Assembly: GCF_006345805.1 (NCBI RefSeq) | Contig: NC_043003.1 | Span: 26,102,001 to 26,166,000, forward strand | Direction: 5' to 3' | Source: Octopus sinensis | Taxonomy: Eukaryota | Length of the DNA: 64,000 nt | Shown: positions 1 to 13,251 of the stretch, one piece after another | How positions within the stretch are numbered: the first letter of the stretch is position 1 | Layout of the letters: every line of letters begins with the position of its first letter | Translations under genes and position numbers: made by a program | Notes under the pieces: generated by a model | Database searches by the model: none | The model's input: only the letters and a program-made list of their open reading frames with translations | Told to the model about the DNA's origin: nothing

Positions 1-372
1 GTTTCAGCCATTTGACTGTGGCCATGCTGGAGCACCGCCTTTAGCCGAGCAAATCGACCCCAAGACTTATTGTTTGTAAGCATAGTATTTATTCTGTCGG
101 TCTCTTTTGCCAATCCGCTAACTTACGGGGATGTAAACACACCAGCATCGGTTGTCAAGTGATGTTGGGCAGACAAACACAGACACACAAACATACATAC
201 ATATATATATACGATGGGATTCTTTCAGTTTCCATCTACCAAATCCACTCACAAGGCTTTGGTTGGCCCGAGGCTATAGTAGAAGACACTTGCCCAAGGT
301 GCCATGCAGTGGGAGTGAACTCGGAACCATGTGGTTCGTAAGCAAGCTACTTACCACACAGCCACTCCTGCA
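1..372 (-). mobile_element. tRNA-derived CORE-like SINE, family A (octopus OR/OK-type by resemblance)
   Basis: Head with A box TGGCTGTGTGG and B box, then accttgggcaagtgtctt, with an internal (CA/TA)n. Degenerate copies also at ~9110-9365, 20230-20600, 28890-29310, 38125-38390 and 51920-52370. Confidence 0.85.
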
Positions 373-534
373 CCTTATACTGTAGTTGACTTAGTACCTC
401 CATTATCATAAATACTATACAATAAAAATTATACTATATAGTCACTTTATTGTAACCATTAAATATTGGTGAGATATAAAATAAAAGTCAAGGTACAGGA
501 GAAGATATACAATAGAAGATTATTAAAAAAATAC

Positions 535-584
535 CTTGTAAATTCCAGTACATTTAGTACTTCATATACTTCTTTCTTGCCAAA
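535..584 (-). CDS. ATP8A1: ATP8A exon o (50 bp): FGKKEVYEVLNVLEFT(S)
   Basis: ttatccag acceptor, gtattt donor, phase 0/2; YE.LNVLEF.S motif. Confidence 0.92.
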
Positions 585-819
585 CTGGATAATAAAGGAG
601 AGTGGAAATTAATTGTTGATAGTTTTGTTAGAGAAAGAGAGAGACAAAGAGAGAAATAAGAGAAGAATAGGGGACAAAAGATAAGAAGCAGGAGAATAAA
701 ACAGTGAAACTCGTAGTGGTGGCTGAGTTGTTGCCCTTGGTCTTACCGTAAAATATTTAGAACCAAAATTATAATTATTATTATTATTATCCTCCCACCA
801 TTGCCACAACCAAAAAAAA

Positions 820-1750
820 AAAAAAAATTCAGGCCTGGTGCCTATAGTAGAAAGGATTATTATTATTATTATTATAAGGGCTACAAGCTGGCAGAATTAT
901 TAGCATGCTGGATAAATTACTTAGGATTTCATCCATCTTTTATGCTCTGAGCTCAAATTTTGCTGAAGTCGATTTTGCCTTTCAGAGTCAATGGAATGGA
1001 TACCAGTTGAGCACTGGGATCAATGTTACTGACTAGCCTCCTCCCCTAACAAAATTTTAGACCTCGTGCCTATAGCAGAAAAGATTATTCAATATTATTA
1101 AGGTGGTGAGCTGACAGCATCATTAGCATGCTGGATGAAATGCTTAGCATCATTTCTTCTGGTTTTATATTCCTAGTTCAAACGGCACTGAAGTAGCCTT
1201 TGCCATTCATCGTTTCAGGATTGATAGACTAGGCACCAGTTGAACGCAGGGGTCAATGTAATCAACTCCCCTCATTCCATCAAATCTGCTGACCTTGTGC
1301 CAAAAATTATAATTGTTGATGATGATGATGAATAATAATAATAATAATCCTTTCTACTATAGGAACAAGGCATGAAATTTGCAGGAAGGGGGGAAGTTGA
1401 TCACATTGATTCCAGGGCTCAACTAGTACTTATTTCATCGACCCCGAAAGGATGAAAGGCAAAGTTGACCTTGGTGGAATTTGAACTCAGAATGTAAAGA
1501 CGGACTGAATGATGCTAAGCATTTTTCCCAGCATGCTAACAATTCTGTCAGCTTTCTGCCTTCTTAATAATAATAAGGCAGCATATTGGTAGGATCATTA
1601 AAGTGCTGGAAAAATGCTTGGTGGTATTTCTTCTAGCTCTTTACATTCTGAGTTCAAATACCACTGAGGCCAATCCTTTCAAGGTCAATAAAATAAGTAC
1701 TAGTATCCTCCTCCTCTATGAATTGCTGACCTCGTACCAAAATTATTATA
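820..1750. mobile_element. Cluster of SINE family B copies (core ttgcctttcatcctttcggggtcgataaa..agtaccag; Meta/MESC-like by resemblance) separated by (ATT)n
   Basis: About four copies, each with a B box of the form GAGTTCAAATTCC, in both orientations. Confidence 0.8.
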
Positions 1751-4108
1751 ATTATTTTTGTTATTATTATACAGAATATAAATCATATAAATGCTATATA
1801 CTCTTAACATGTTTTTACAGATGGAAATAATTGATAATTATTTATTATTATTTTTATTATTTCCAGTAAATACAGGAGAAGAACGTTTGACTATATTATT
1901 GTTTGGGTGACACTGGAGCTGTCAACAATGGAACTATAAATTCTTGTACAAACTAGTTCCATCTGTAATAGTGGTGTCCCCAAGTAAGCAATTTTAGTTC
2001 CTAATTTAACTCTTGACTGAATCTGGCAGGTTTATGTCCATCAGAGTGTAGAATGTAATATGAAGAACCTGATTGAAGCTGACCTCATTAAAAAGCTGGA
2101 ATGTTCAAGCCATGTGGCAATTAAATGAATATTTCCAATGACATATTAATGTGACTGAGAGACAAAAACAGAAAGCAGAAAATAGTTTTGTCTGCATGTG
2201 ACTTCAGTTTTAATTATAACGATAACAACAAGCTTATTGTATGCAGGGCTCAAGTGTACAACTCGTCAGCAAAGGATAAAAGAGGAAAGTGAAAGTAGTC
2301 ATAAGTCAAGTTAAGAAAGACAGCAATGGAAATCCAAATTACATGCATCGTATGCAATAAAATGCAAAAGGACAGCAAGGGCAGTATGGTCCAGCATCTG
2401 GCTGAAAAACTGACACTCTGTTGGTTACGATGACGAGGGTTCCAGTTGACCCAATTAACAGGGCAGCCTGCTTGTGAAATTTATGTGCAAGTGACTGAGC
2501 ACTTTACAGACATGCAAAGCCTTAATGTAGTTCTCAGGGAAATTCAGTGTGATACAAAATGTAACAAGGCTGGCCCTTTGAAATACAGGTACTACTCATT
2601 TTTGCCAGCTGAATGGACTGGAGCAATGTGAAATAAAGTGTCTTGCTCAAGGATGCAATGTGCCACCAGGAATCAAATTCCTTACTTTACAATTGTGAAC
2701 AGAATACCCTAACAGCTAAGCCACACGCTTTCTGGCTGAAACCTATAATAAAATAATAGAATTAAGAAAGTCAATAAGAAGAAAGGGTGCATAAGCTTGT
2801 AAGAAGTATAGTAATATGCATGAGTTTGTGTATCTTTTCCCACATTGACACTGCTTGCGTAAGAGTGATGTTTATGTCCTACAAAGGCCAGAGGAATGTG
2901 GTAGCATAATTGCAAAACAAGTAAAGGTTGGTGACTGGAAGGGTATCTGGTTGTAGAATACTGCCTCGTGATATACTGTCCAACCCATACCAGCATGAAA
3001 AAATCAGATGTAAAAAAGGACAAAAAACAAAGATGATGATTGAGAATAAAAAAAAAGAAAGAAAATTACTATTGGTCCAATGTATGTAATGTATGTGTGT
3101 GAGGATTTGGATAAATGTTTAAGCTCACTTCACAATAATGAGGTACTGAGTTCAGTCCTAATGCACAGTACATTGGGCAAATTTTTGTCGTATTTTTGGC
3201 TCACCCTAAGCTGAGTGAAATAAAATAGATGGAAACGGTATGGAAGCCTGTCAAATGGATGGGACTGTACTTGTGATTCAAAGTGACCAGTCTTATCACA
3301 ACACACTGCTTGAAGATTACTTTAAATGTACATAAGTTTTAGGTATCTTCTGTTACTCACACTACAATTCACTGGTTAAGTAGGTAGTACTGTTGATCAA
3401 TCAAGTGCAATATTCATCATTGAATTCAACAACAGGTTTTTTTTCACTTACATATGTATTATCCTCATCATTTAATCTCCACTTTCCATGCTGGCATGGG
3501 TTGGACAGTCTGACTGAAAACTAGTAAGCTGAGTGCTGCAGCAGGTTCCGATTTGATTTAGTAAGATTCCTAGGACTGGATGCCCTTCCTAACACCAACC
3601 ACTCTGAGAGTGTAGTGGGTGTTTTTTACGTGCCACCAGCATCAACCACAACTATGGTCTCACTTGGCTTGATAGGTCTACACAAGCATGGTACATTGCC
3701 AGAGGTCTTGGTTAGCTGTCAGACGGTACTGGCATTGGCCAGAAATATACAAGTATGGCCAAAGATATAAAGTCAAAGTATATTCACTTATGCGTTTAGT
3801 TGTAGGTATATGCACCTAGAAACTTGTATGTATGTAGGTTCTCTACTGTTTTAAGTTATTTGAAGTCTTCTTGTGAAGAAGGAGTTGGTTTCTAAAAAAG
3901 AAACAAAGCTCCATCACAGTAATCCTTTACCATATAGTGGTTCATCTATATTGGTTTATTATTTAAGCTTATGTCGATTCCTCCGGGGTCTTGTTTTGCA
4001 TTTATAATAAAATAAATACATACAAATTATTAAAAAAAAAATACAGTACATTACTGTTTCTACATTATTTACATTCAACGTATATTTGTCCTCATCTTGT
4101 TTGTTGTT

Positions 4109-4154
4109 AACACAACATTTCGGCTGATATACCTATCAGCCTTCTTCAGGTGTC
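4109..4154 (-). ncRNA. Minimal type I hammerhead ribozyme motif
   Basis: Minus strand reads GACAC-CUGAAGA-A-GGCUGAUA-GGUA-UAUCAGCC-GAAAU-GUU-GUGUU: conserved core, perfect 8-bp stem II, stem I GACAC/GUGUU. Confidence 0.7.
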
Positions 4155-4456
4155 TTGGGGGAAATTTCAAACCTGGGTTCTCATTCCTAAGGTATTTTTC
4201 GATGTTATTATTATTATTATTATTGTTCAGGTCACTGCTTGGAATCGAACTCGGAATCTTGGGGTTAGTAGCTCGTGCTCTTAACCACTATGCCATACGC
4301 CGTGCCCACGGGCATATAGTGCAGAGGTTAAGAGTGCGGGCTACTAACCCCAAGATTCCGAGTTCAATTCCAAGCAGTGACCTGAACAATAACAATAATA
4401 ATAACAACATCGAAAAATACCTTAGGAACGAGAACACAGGTTTGAAATTTCCCCAA

Positions 4457-4499
4457 GACACCTGAAGAAGGCTGGAGGGTATATCAGCTGAAACGTGTT
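4457..4499 (+). ncRNA. Hammerhead ribozyme motif, degraded (3-nt loss at the cleavage site)
   Basis: GACAC-CUGAAGA-A-GGCUG...CAGCU-GAAAC-GUGUU. Confidence 0.55.
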
Positions 4500-4685
4500 A
4501 ACAACAAACAAGATGAGGACAAATATACGTAGAATGTAAATAATGTACATAATTCCTTATCTTGTAAATATAGAACAATACTGTTTCTACTTCATGGATT
4601 TTTACCTATTGCAGGGTTTTTTGGAATGTATCACCTGTGATAGTTGAGGGTTTACTCTATTAGAATGTAGATAACAAAAACAAAT

Positions 4686-5015
4686 TCACATTTTGAACTT
4701 GGAAAGAGTCTTGCATATTTTTACTGTTCTGCTTACAGATTGTATTTGTAATGTATGTGTTAGCTGGTTGATTTCTATTTTTTGAAAGCCCCAGCTTATC
4801 TATATTGTTACAAAACAAAGTGCACCAATTATTATGGTGTAAATGCGAACTTATCTGGATATAAAAGCTGGAACTTTCGAAGCAGTCGTCCATAGTTATT
4901 CTCTTTCTCTTTGATTTTTGAGCAAATATTTACATCAGGTGTTGAGCTGACCTCTGTAATGGTACATATTTTTTCTTGTCCATCCCAAACAACAATATCT
5001 GGCCTGTTATGCTTG
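4686..5015 (-). mobile_element. Degenerate RLE-type (R4/Dong/NeSL-like) LINE 3' fragment
   Basis: Minus-strand translation with frameshifts: HNRPDIVVWDGQEKICTITEVS...KEKENNY...PIIIGAL (restriction-like endonuclease motifs). Confidence 0.7.
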
Positions 5016-5126
5016 ACTTATATGAACATACATATGTATGTCTGTATGTAAATGTGGTACCAATGCACCTATGGTTGTTGCAGGGATTGATTAACAATAT
5101 GATAATAAAGAGGAAAGTCTACTCAC

Positions 5127-5209
5127 CACTTCAATTGTGACTGTTTCAGGAGTCCTCGTCGTAAAAATAAAGCCCAACTTCTTGGCACCCCTGACTAAAG
5201 CACCTTCAT
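5127..5209 (-). CDS. ATP8A1: ATP8A exon n (83 bp): [28 protein letters not shown]
   Basis: ctccacag acceptor, gtgagt donor, phase 1/0; SPDE.ALV nucleotide-binding motif. Confidence 0.95.
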
Positions 5210-6350
5210 CTGTGGAGAGGAATCAAAGTAGAAAATCAATCAGCTTTATTCATGAGTAAAGAATTAGAAACGGACACAAAACATCTATCATCATTCACTG
5301 GGAGATTTTACTCTGTCTCCTCCAAACATAGAATAGTGCATTCAGAATTTTGTAAGGTAGCCTCAAAATAAATGAACACAATCTTCTTAACCTTTTGATA
5401 TCCACTCAAAATTTTATTGCTGTTAAAATTAGAAAACAGTTTTACTCCAATTTAAAAAAACCCCCCAAAAAACAAACTCTTCAGGGATACTTTTTACAAA
5501 AAAGACAGTTTTTTGGAGTTTCTTAATTTCATCAAATATCTTTTCACAGAGCAAGAATTAAATAATTTTAGTGGTGGATATGAAAACAGTATCAACGGGA
5601 GATACTGAAAAAGTATTGAAAAAGCAAAAAATATCAACTCTATTTTTTGGTGGATAATTAACATTGTCATTATGGGAATGATCATGAAATTTAATTACAC
5701 AAAGGGTTAAATTGTCCTTTGGTTTTTATATGAGCAAGGCCAATAACTCAGTCTGCCTTAGTGTGCTTGGCTGACAAACAAGTTTCACTCTTGTCACAGT
5801 TGAGTAGCTAGTGATAAGACTTGTTACAGTTGCAAAAGCAACTTTCTGTGACAATATGAAAATATTTAAAATTTGTGAACACTGTGCCACATGCACTACA
5901 CAAGGTAATATGTAAGATATTAACAAGGTGGAATAAAATCTATTAACCCTTTTCATACAATACTTCTGTTGAAATACTTCGTTTACTATTATTTCAATTA
6001 TTTTTGAAAATAATGAAGAATTTAGTAAAATAACTGTCATTATTAAGCTGAAGTTTGGGATATATATCAACATGAAATTTTGACATAAGACTTTTATTTA
6101 GATCACTTTAAAACAGGAAGAACTGGGAGAGTCTCAGGCAGTTTGGTATAAAAAGGAATAAGAACTATACTATGTCTGAACACAGAATATATGTCTAAAC
6201 TGAGCAAAGATGGACACAGGTTCAATCAGCAGGTTCAGCTGTATTGTCAAGAAATTTATTTTAAAACCATAGACAAGGCTCAAGCAACATACCACACACA
6301 CACACACAAACAAACAAACAAGGGAATAGATTCAATCTCAGAAACCTTAC

Positions 6351-6462
6351 CAGGAGATGCTGCTTGGTATACAATATTACTGTCATTGCCGTTTGTCTCT
6401 GGTACCACAGTATGGCACACTGCCATTAAGGTGAGGAACTCCCGAATTTTCCCAGAGGTTTC
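6351..6462 (-). CDS. ATP8A1: ATP8A exon m (112 bp): ETSGKIREFLTLMAVCHTVVPETNGNDSNIVYQAASP
   Basis: ttttctaaag acceptor, gtaagg donor, phase 0/1; CHTV.P and YQA.SP motifs. Confidence 0.95.
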
Positions 6463-7049
6463 CTTTAGAAAAATGAATATAAGTGGTTAAGCAGGGCTAT
6501 ATATATATTTATTATATCACTTAAACATTTGATTAGAATTATTAATGCTGTGAGAAGAGAACACTGACTCAATGACTGATATCATTTTAATCATTCAGGC
6601 AAGTCTAAAAAACAACTCCAGGCTTGTTCTAGTCTTATCTGACCTCCTTAGCAAAGTAAAACCTTCTTGTGCTTGTTAAAGTAATGATAACAGAATCAAC
6701 ATCTATATTTACAGTATAGTAACATGTGTAGAGATTGAAAGTTATAAGCAGCTGTATAAATGTAAATATATGAGTGTATGTATGTTTATATCATCACCAT
6801 CATCATTTTGCAATGCTTATCACAAGAACCTACTATGGTAAGCAAGAGAGTGGCAAGTGTTGCACAAGCTTTTGTCATTTAAATCCAACAATGTACAGAT
6901 GTCATACTATCATTTGACAAGATGAAGCAATCATCATATATGTGCATTATATGTATCTTTTATCTTTTGCTTGTTTCAGTCATTGGACTGCGGTCATGAG
7001 AATTTTACTTCAATCAATACCAGTAATTGTTTTTTTTAAAACTTGTTAC

Positions 7050-7423
7050 AGGACAGCTGTATAAAGAAGTGCAGATCTCTAATTGTGGAGGAGCCTGTGG
7101 TAGAGGTAGGCCCAAGAAGACAAGGGGCGAGGTGGTGAAGCATGATCTTTGAATGTTGGGCCTCACGGAGGCAATGACTAGTGATCAAGACCTTTTGCAA
7201 TATGCTGTGGTTGAGAAGAAGACCCATCAAGCCAAGTGGAATTGTAGTCATGACAGATACCAGTGTCACGTAAAAGCACCCATTACACTCTTGGAGTGGT
7301 TGGCATTAGGAAGAGCATCCAGCTGAAATCAGACTGGAGTCTAGTGCAGCCCCTCAACTTACTAGCCTTGGTTAAACTGTCCAACCCATGCCAGCATTGA
7401 GAACGGATGTTAAATGATGATGA
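7050..7423 (+). mobile_element. RTE-clade LINE 3' end, same family as 61195-61965
   Basis: DSCIKKCRSLIVE..CGRGRPKKT coding remnant, shared 3' UTR and (GAT)n tail. Confidence 0.75.
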
Positions 7424-7779
7424 TCACACACACACACTTCCTCATTCATCATCATTGTTTAATGCCTGCATGGGTTGGACAGAATTTGCTGTGATGGAGT
7501 TTCTACAGCTGGATGTCCTTCCTGTCACCAACATTTACATTGCAGAACACAATGGACCACCAAATCCACTCACAAGGTTTTAGTTGACCTGGGACTATAG
7601 TAGTAGAAGACAGACAACTTGCCAAGGCACTGCACATTGGCATTGAACCAGAAATCATGTGATTGGGAAGCAAACCTCTTATCTACCATGTGAAACCATA
7701 ACAGTGCTTGAGAAATTGTAAAATAAGGTGAGCTCAGCAAGGAATTGAAAAAAAGGGTCCCACTGGATATCATATTTAG

Positions 7780-7991
7780 CCCCTTTAGCATTCAGATTAC
7801 TCTGTCAGATATAAATGCTTGTTTATTCATGTTGTTTTGAATTAATCATGCATTATCTCATAGCTTTGAGATTATTGATTATTCTTAGAATGACAATATA
7901 GGGTAAGTATGAGAGGCCAGGTCTGACCAGTTTGACCATAAAACAGGTAGTATATTTAGGCTGGATATGGCTGGTTTAAATGCTGAAGGGT
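7780..7991. mobile_element. Second TTAA-type MITE family (CCCTTTAGCATT...AATGCT.AAGGG)
   Basis: Terminal inverted repeats; relatives at ~22330-22520, 25737-25885, 29635-30086 (SINE-interrupted) and 36230-36788 (SINE-interrupted). Confidence 0.7.
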
Positions 7992-10117
7992 TAGAAATGT
8001 CAAAGAATTTGCAGGTTCTACTTCACAATAAAATTTTACATGCATTATTCCACCCAAATTCTGAACAAAATACCAACAGCTTTATATTGTTGTCCTTGTA
8101 TTTCAAAAACCACTCCTCACAAAAGAAAAAAAATTCCCAAAAGGAAATGTGCAATGTACTAAATGGTACCTAACTCCAGCTGTTACAAGATAAAGGTCAC
8201 GCATAATCAATAACCATATTCTATTGCTGTAATCCATTCATTGAAGATTATTATGATTAGAACAAGATATGGAAATAATTCAGTTGTGTAACAATATTCA
8301 AATTGATGTTTAAACATGGACCTGATCGAACAGATGTATGACCAAACCACTTTCAATCATGGCAAACTTATTGTAAATTGCTTTTAGGGCATAGTGCATT
8401 TAGGACTACATTATCTAATGCAGTCATTTCGTTTTGTTAAGATATTATGTTGTTTGAGTGATTTTGTTGTATGGAGCAGCCATGCTCGATTGTGTGGCAT
8501 TATGACTATGAAACTGACCAATAACTGATGGCTTATTTCACACACGTCCATACACAACTAACTCAGAGAACGGCGGTCACTTGTGGTTACAAGCACTGCT
8601 GTGTGGTTAAGCAGTTCACTTCCCAGCCACATAGTTTTGGGTTCAATCCCATGATGAGGAACTGAGTCTTGGGTCAACCAAAAACACTTGTAAGTAAAAT
8701 TCGGCAAACAAGTTCATTGGAAGGATCATGCTTATTCTTGGATGGTAGACTTAATCTGTTGCTCAGTTGAACGTCACCCATGGAAGCTGCCTTTCATCCC
8801 CCAGGTAACAATGATGATAATGGTTTCAAATTTTGGCACAAGGCCAGAAATTTAGGAGAAGGTCTGTCAGTAGATTACATTGAACCCAGCACTTAACTGA
8901 TACCTATTTTGTCAACCCTGGAAGGATGAAAGGCAAAGTTGACCTTGGCAAAATTTGAACTCAGAACATAAAGATGGATTAAATGCCACTAAGCATTTTG
9001 CCCAGCGTGCCAACAATTCTTCTAATTCACTGCTTTAATAATAAAAATAATCCTTTCTACTAAGGGATGAGGCCTGAAATTTTGGGTGACAGGACTAGTC
9101 GATTATTTCATCCCAGTACTTATTTGTTTTAAGACTGGCACTTATCCCATCAGTCATCTAGGCCAACTGCTAAGTTATGAGAACAGACACAACCCAACAC
9201 CGGTTGTCAAGCAGTGGTAAGAGACGAACACATTACACACACTGGGCTAACCAGATCCACTCATAAGGTTTTGGTTGGCATGGGGCTGTAGTTGAAGACA
9301 CTTGCCTAAGGTGCCACATGGGATCTGAACCTGGAACTATGTGGTTGCAAAGTGTATTTCTTACTACAAGTATGAATGATGTCTTTGGTGTATTGCTTTT
9401 GTTTTTTTTTCTGTCAAGTGAAATGCGAAATACAAGTCAGCAAAATCATGTTAAGTATTTGTGTCAGAGGAACTGTAAAATAAAACCAAATGAAGATAAT
9501 TAAGAAGCCCTGAGTGAAATCAACTGTAAAAATCCGGGTTAACAAAGGTTGTGTGAAACTGAGCATGACATGAGGGGACAACAAAGCTACCTTAGCATAT
9601 CATTTTACTAAATTGTGACATTTATGCTCTTCAGTGACCGACATTTTTTTTTAAAAAACATAGAATAGCCCAAGGAAATTTATGGTGGTTTGCATTGATA
9701 AGAATCATTTAATTTCTTTCCCTACCGCACTCTCACTCCAGCTCTCTCTCTTTACTCTCTTTTCTATCACCTTCTCACTCCTGTCACCCTGGCCCTCTTT
9801 ACTCTCTTTCTATCACCCAGTTATCTCGCTCCTCTCTATCAAAGGAAGCACAAGCACTTTTACACACGACAGAACTTCTGCCTGCCAAATTCACTCACAA
9901 CACTTTGGGGAAAGAGAAAGAACAAATGAATGGAGACAATGCAAAGAAGGGTTTACTTTGTTTTTGTTTTTTTTTTTGGTGGGGGACTATACAATCTCTC
10001 AAAAGCAGTAGTTCTCAACCATTTTTGTCTATGGACCCCTTTGATTTCTATTTTACTCAGGAGGTAGGACCCTCGTAGCCATTCAGTGTCTAAAAATTCC
10101 TATAATATTTTTATACG

Positions 10118-10508
10118 CTTTTACTTGTTTCCGTCATGTGACTGTGGCTATGCTGGAGTACCGCCTTTAGTCGAGGAAATCGACCCCAGGACTTATTCTT
10201 TGTAAGCCTAGTACTTATTCTATCGGTCTCTTGCCGAACCGCTAAGTTACAGAGACGTAAACACACCAGCATCGGTTTTCAAGCGATGTTGTGGGGACAA
10301 ACACAGATGCATACACACACATACATATATACGTATACACAAACGTACACACATACATATATACGACGGGCTTCTTTCAGTTTCCATCTACCAAATCCAC
10401 TCACAAGGATTTGATCGACCCGAGGCTATAGTAGAAGACACTTGCCCAAGGTCTGGAACCATGTGGTTCGTAAGCAAGACACTTACCACACAGCCACTCC
10501 TGCGCCTA
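10118..10508 (-). mobile_element. SINE family A, inserted in a hAT-like MITE (~10007-10645)
   Basis: Highly similar to 1-372; flanks are the two halves of the cagtggttctcaac-type MITE. Confidence 0.85.
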
Positions 10509-11300
10509 TGATTAAATATTATTAGGAATTGTTTAAAGAAATTGTTTAAGCATTTTGTGTATTGTAGAAATATAACCAGTTTATTGCAGATCAATTTTAT
10601 ATAGCAAAATCTTATACGGCACCCCAAGGACCATATGGACCACTGCTTTGGTGCCAATGAACAAATTGGAAACAACATGAAGTAGAGAGGCTGCCTTATT
10701 CTTATTGAGAACAAGACAAACTTTCTGGTATTGTTGCCATGATAAAATACACCCAGTACATTGTGTAAAATGGCCTGCATTAGAAAGTGCATCCAAAGTG
10801 TAGAAACCATATCAAAACTGGAACGTACAAGCCAGGCATGGTCCTGACTTGACTTGAACCTTGATAACCCGTCCAAACCATGTCAGGAAAGGTGGAGAAA
10901 AAAAAGGAGGAGGTGGAAGAAAGTGGTGATGATGGTGGTGGAGATGATGATGTTAGTGATGGTGGTGGTAGTGGTGATGATGTTGGAGATGGTGATAAAG
11001 GTTTGCAAAATTAGATAAATTTCTCAGTATGGCATGAGGGGGACAAGATGTCTCCTCATGCCATACTCAGATAAGACACCCAAATCCTCAGTGCTACAAC
11101 ATAAAAAAAACAAACAAGAAAAAACTTTCCTTTCACTCTCTAATGAAGGGCTTTGCTTGAAATATCGGTATTATCAACATCCCCCAACCTTCTACCATAA
11201 CATAGAAACTTCTCTGGATTTGTCAACAATACCAAGTGTTTAAAACATATTTCCACATCTATATGACAAGTCAACAAGGAAACACAAACTATTATCTTAC

Positions 11301-11361
11301 ATGTTTGTTAAAATTTTCCAACAGCAAGGGATCATTGAACTCTTCATCTTCAACATTGGAA
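11301..11361 (-). CDS. ATP8A1: ATP8A exon l (61 bp): SNVEDEEFNDPLLLENFNKH
   Basis: ttattgcag acceptor, gtaaga donor, phase 2/0 bridges the flanking exons; F.D..LLEN motif. Confidence 0.9.
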
Positions 11362-13251
11362 CTGCAATAAATAAATAAATAAATAGAGTGAGTGAAAATG
11401 TAGCAGAGTGCTAAACTACATAATAATGGTAGTTTCTTGACAATTTATCTAACCTCTCCTAAACCATCCACTCTATCATGAAAACATGAATGTAGAACAG
11501 TTTTTTTCTCTTCCACTGTGTGCATGTGTGTGTGTGCATGCACATGTAACAAAACCTCTGTAAACTAGAAACCCCTAGGTGAAATAAACATCAGAGATGC
11601 TTTGCCCCATACAGAAAATTGCAGAAGCTACTCAGAAGTTTTGCAAGCTGTTGTAAATCTTACCAGAATTAAAATCACAGAGGAAGTTAATCATGCAGTA
11701 TCAATGTATGTCACAATACATACAACTAAAACACCAAATACTGAGGAACCATAAACCCCCAAACAAATTTCAGTTTAACCCTACAAGAACTAGAAAGTCA
11801 ATAAAGGACAACTTAGATCCATGAAAACACAATATATATTATGTATTCTGTAAATGATGATAATAGTATTTTTTAAGCTTTAAGCTTATAAAATACTATC
11901 ATTATACAAAACCATGCAATGGTTTTGCTTAAGAAAACCATCGCATAAATGTATATAAATCCAAATTTAAGTGATGGAGTAGATAAAATCCAGGTTGCAT
12001 ATGTTTCATAGCAAGCAGAATCTCTGAAGTAGTAATCATCTAAACAAGGCATAATCTGCTAGTTACTCATCAGCTTATCGAACTTCTATATAGGAAAAAT
12101 TTACAATCTTCTACATCAATAAACCACTGCTGTTCTTGAAAGTTGTTTTTTTATACCTTCTATGGACTGCTCTAAGCTAAGTAACTTCAGACACTTTAAT
12201 CCTTGGATCTTACCTTTTCACTATATATATATATATATGGTACAAGAATTTGATCAGGATCAACAACCAGTCCACCATTCCCTTTGATACTTTGATATGA
12301 ATATGAGTCCCAGTGACTTGTTCTCACCAATCTTTACCTTCAGCACAACATCAAAGACCTTTTTCCCATAAATAAAAGGATGTTTGGAGAGTAACAACAG
12401 CTTGCTACCACCAACAAGCATTAACAACTGATAGGTCACAATCCTTGCTACATGTATACACACAATAATTACAGGCAATAAATACTAACAATAAAATATA
12501 CACTCCACATAATTGTGTATCGAGTTATTTGAACCATAGTCTTACAGGTCTATACTAGTTACATTTCATACGTTACGTATGTATGCATCTATGTGTGTGT
12601 GTGTGTGTGCGTGTGCATGACAGTTATAGAAGGTTATCCTCCTTCTGAGATTAGCACAGTAAATGTAATTCTTCAGTGATGGCATGGTAATTGTCCCCTT
12701 TCAGGTGAGAGCAGGACAATACCATACTTTTGCTGGTGGCAGATCAAATGTCACCCTCAAATGATAACAGCAAATATTACGTCTTTGCTAACAGTAGTTA
12801 TACTCTATAAAGGCACTTTGTTTAATATTAATGACTTGTAGGCACATGGCATTTTGTCATGCAATCACAATATGCTACAAAGTATATCAAACGTTTTTAT
12901 AAGTCAATACCATGTATAATAAACATGTACTTCATTTAATGTTGGTCCATTCCACTCAGCTAAAAATGAGTACCAGCAGCAGGGGTTAACTCGGTTAAAG
13001 GTGAAGTTGATCTGTATGAGATTTGAACTCAAGAACCCCCTTAATATTGGCATAACGGTCAGTCACCTAGAGAGTAACCAGAAATTAAATGCTCGATCCA
13101 TCCAATTGCTGCAACCACTTTCCAATTATATTCAAAATCCTTCTAACTAACAAAGGCTACAGATTTGAAAATGCTCAATTACTTAAAACCAAAAAATATG
13201 AAGATAACAAAAATAATGTCACAGTAATGAGATATTTTGGTTTTAACTTAC

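Larger units (their letters stand above)
4064..4578. mobile_element. Fold-back non-autonomous retroelement (tRNA-like heads + hammerhead ribozymes), Penelope-like architecture, copy 1
   Basis: About 240-bp inverted arms (4061-4301 and 4311-4547), a roughly 30-nt unpaired right tail, and direct repeat TACTGTTTCTAC at 4052-4063 and 4579-4590. Confidence 0.8.

Noticed and set aside
152-385. Recurring ORFs such as MSSDVG...RLPNPLTR (also 14410, 31167, 41505, 58437)
   Set aside because: These are chance translations of SINE family A, not a protein family.
4311-4382. tRNA gene (ACT anticodon-like loop)
   Set aside because: The acceptor stem does not pair properly, there is no poly-T terminator, and it is embedded in a repeated element. 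It is a SINE-type head, like 13660-13735.
12205-12480. Possible extra or alternative ATP8A exon between exons k and l
   Set aside because: The donor-like site abuts a (TA)n tract, the peptide has no P-ATPase similarity, and exons k and l already join in phase.
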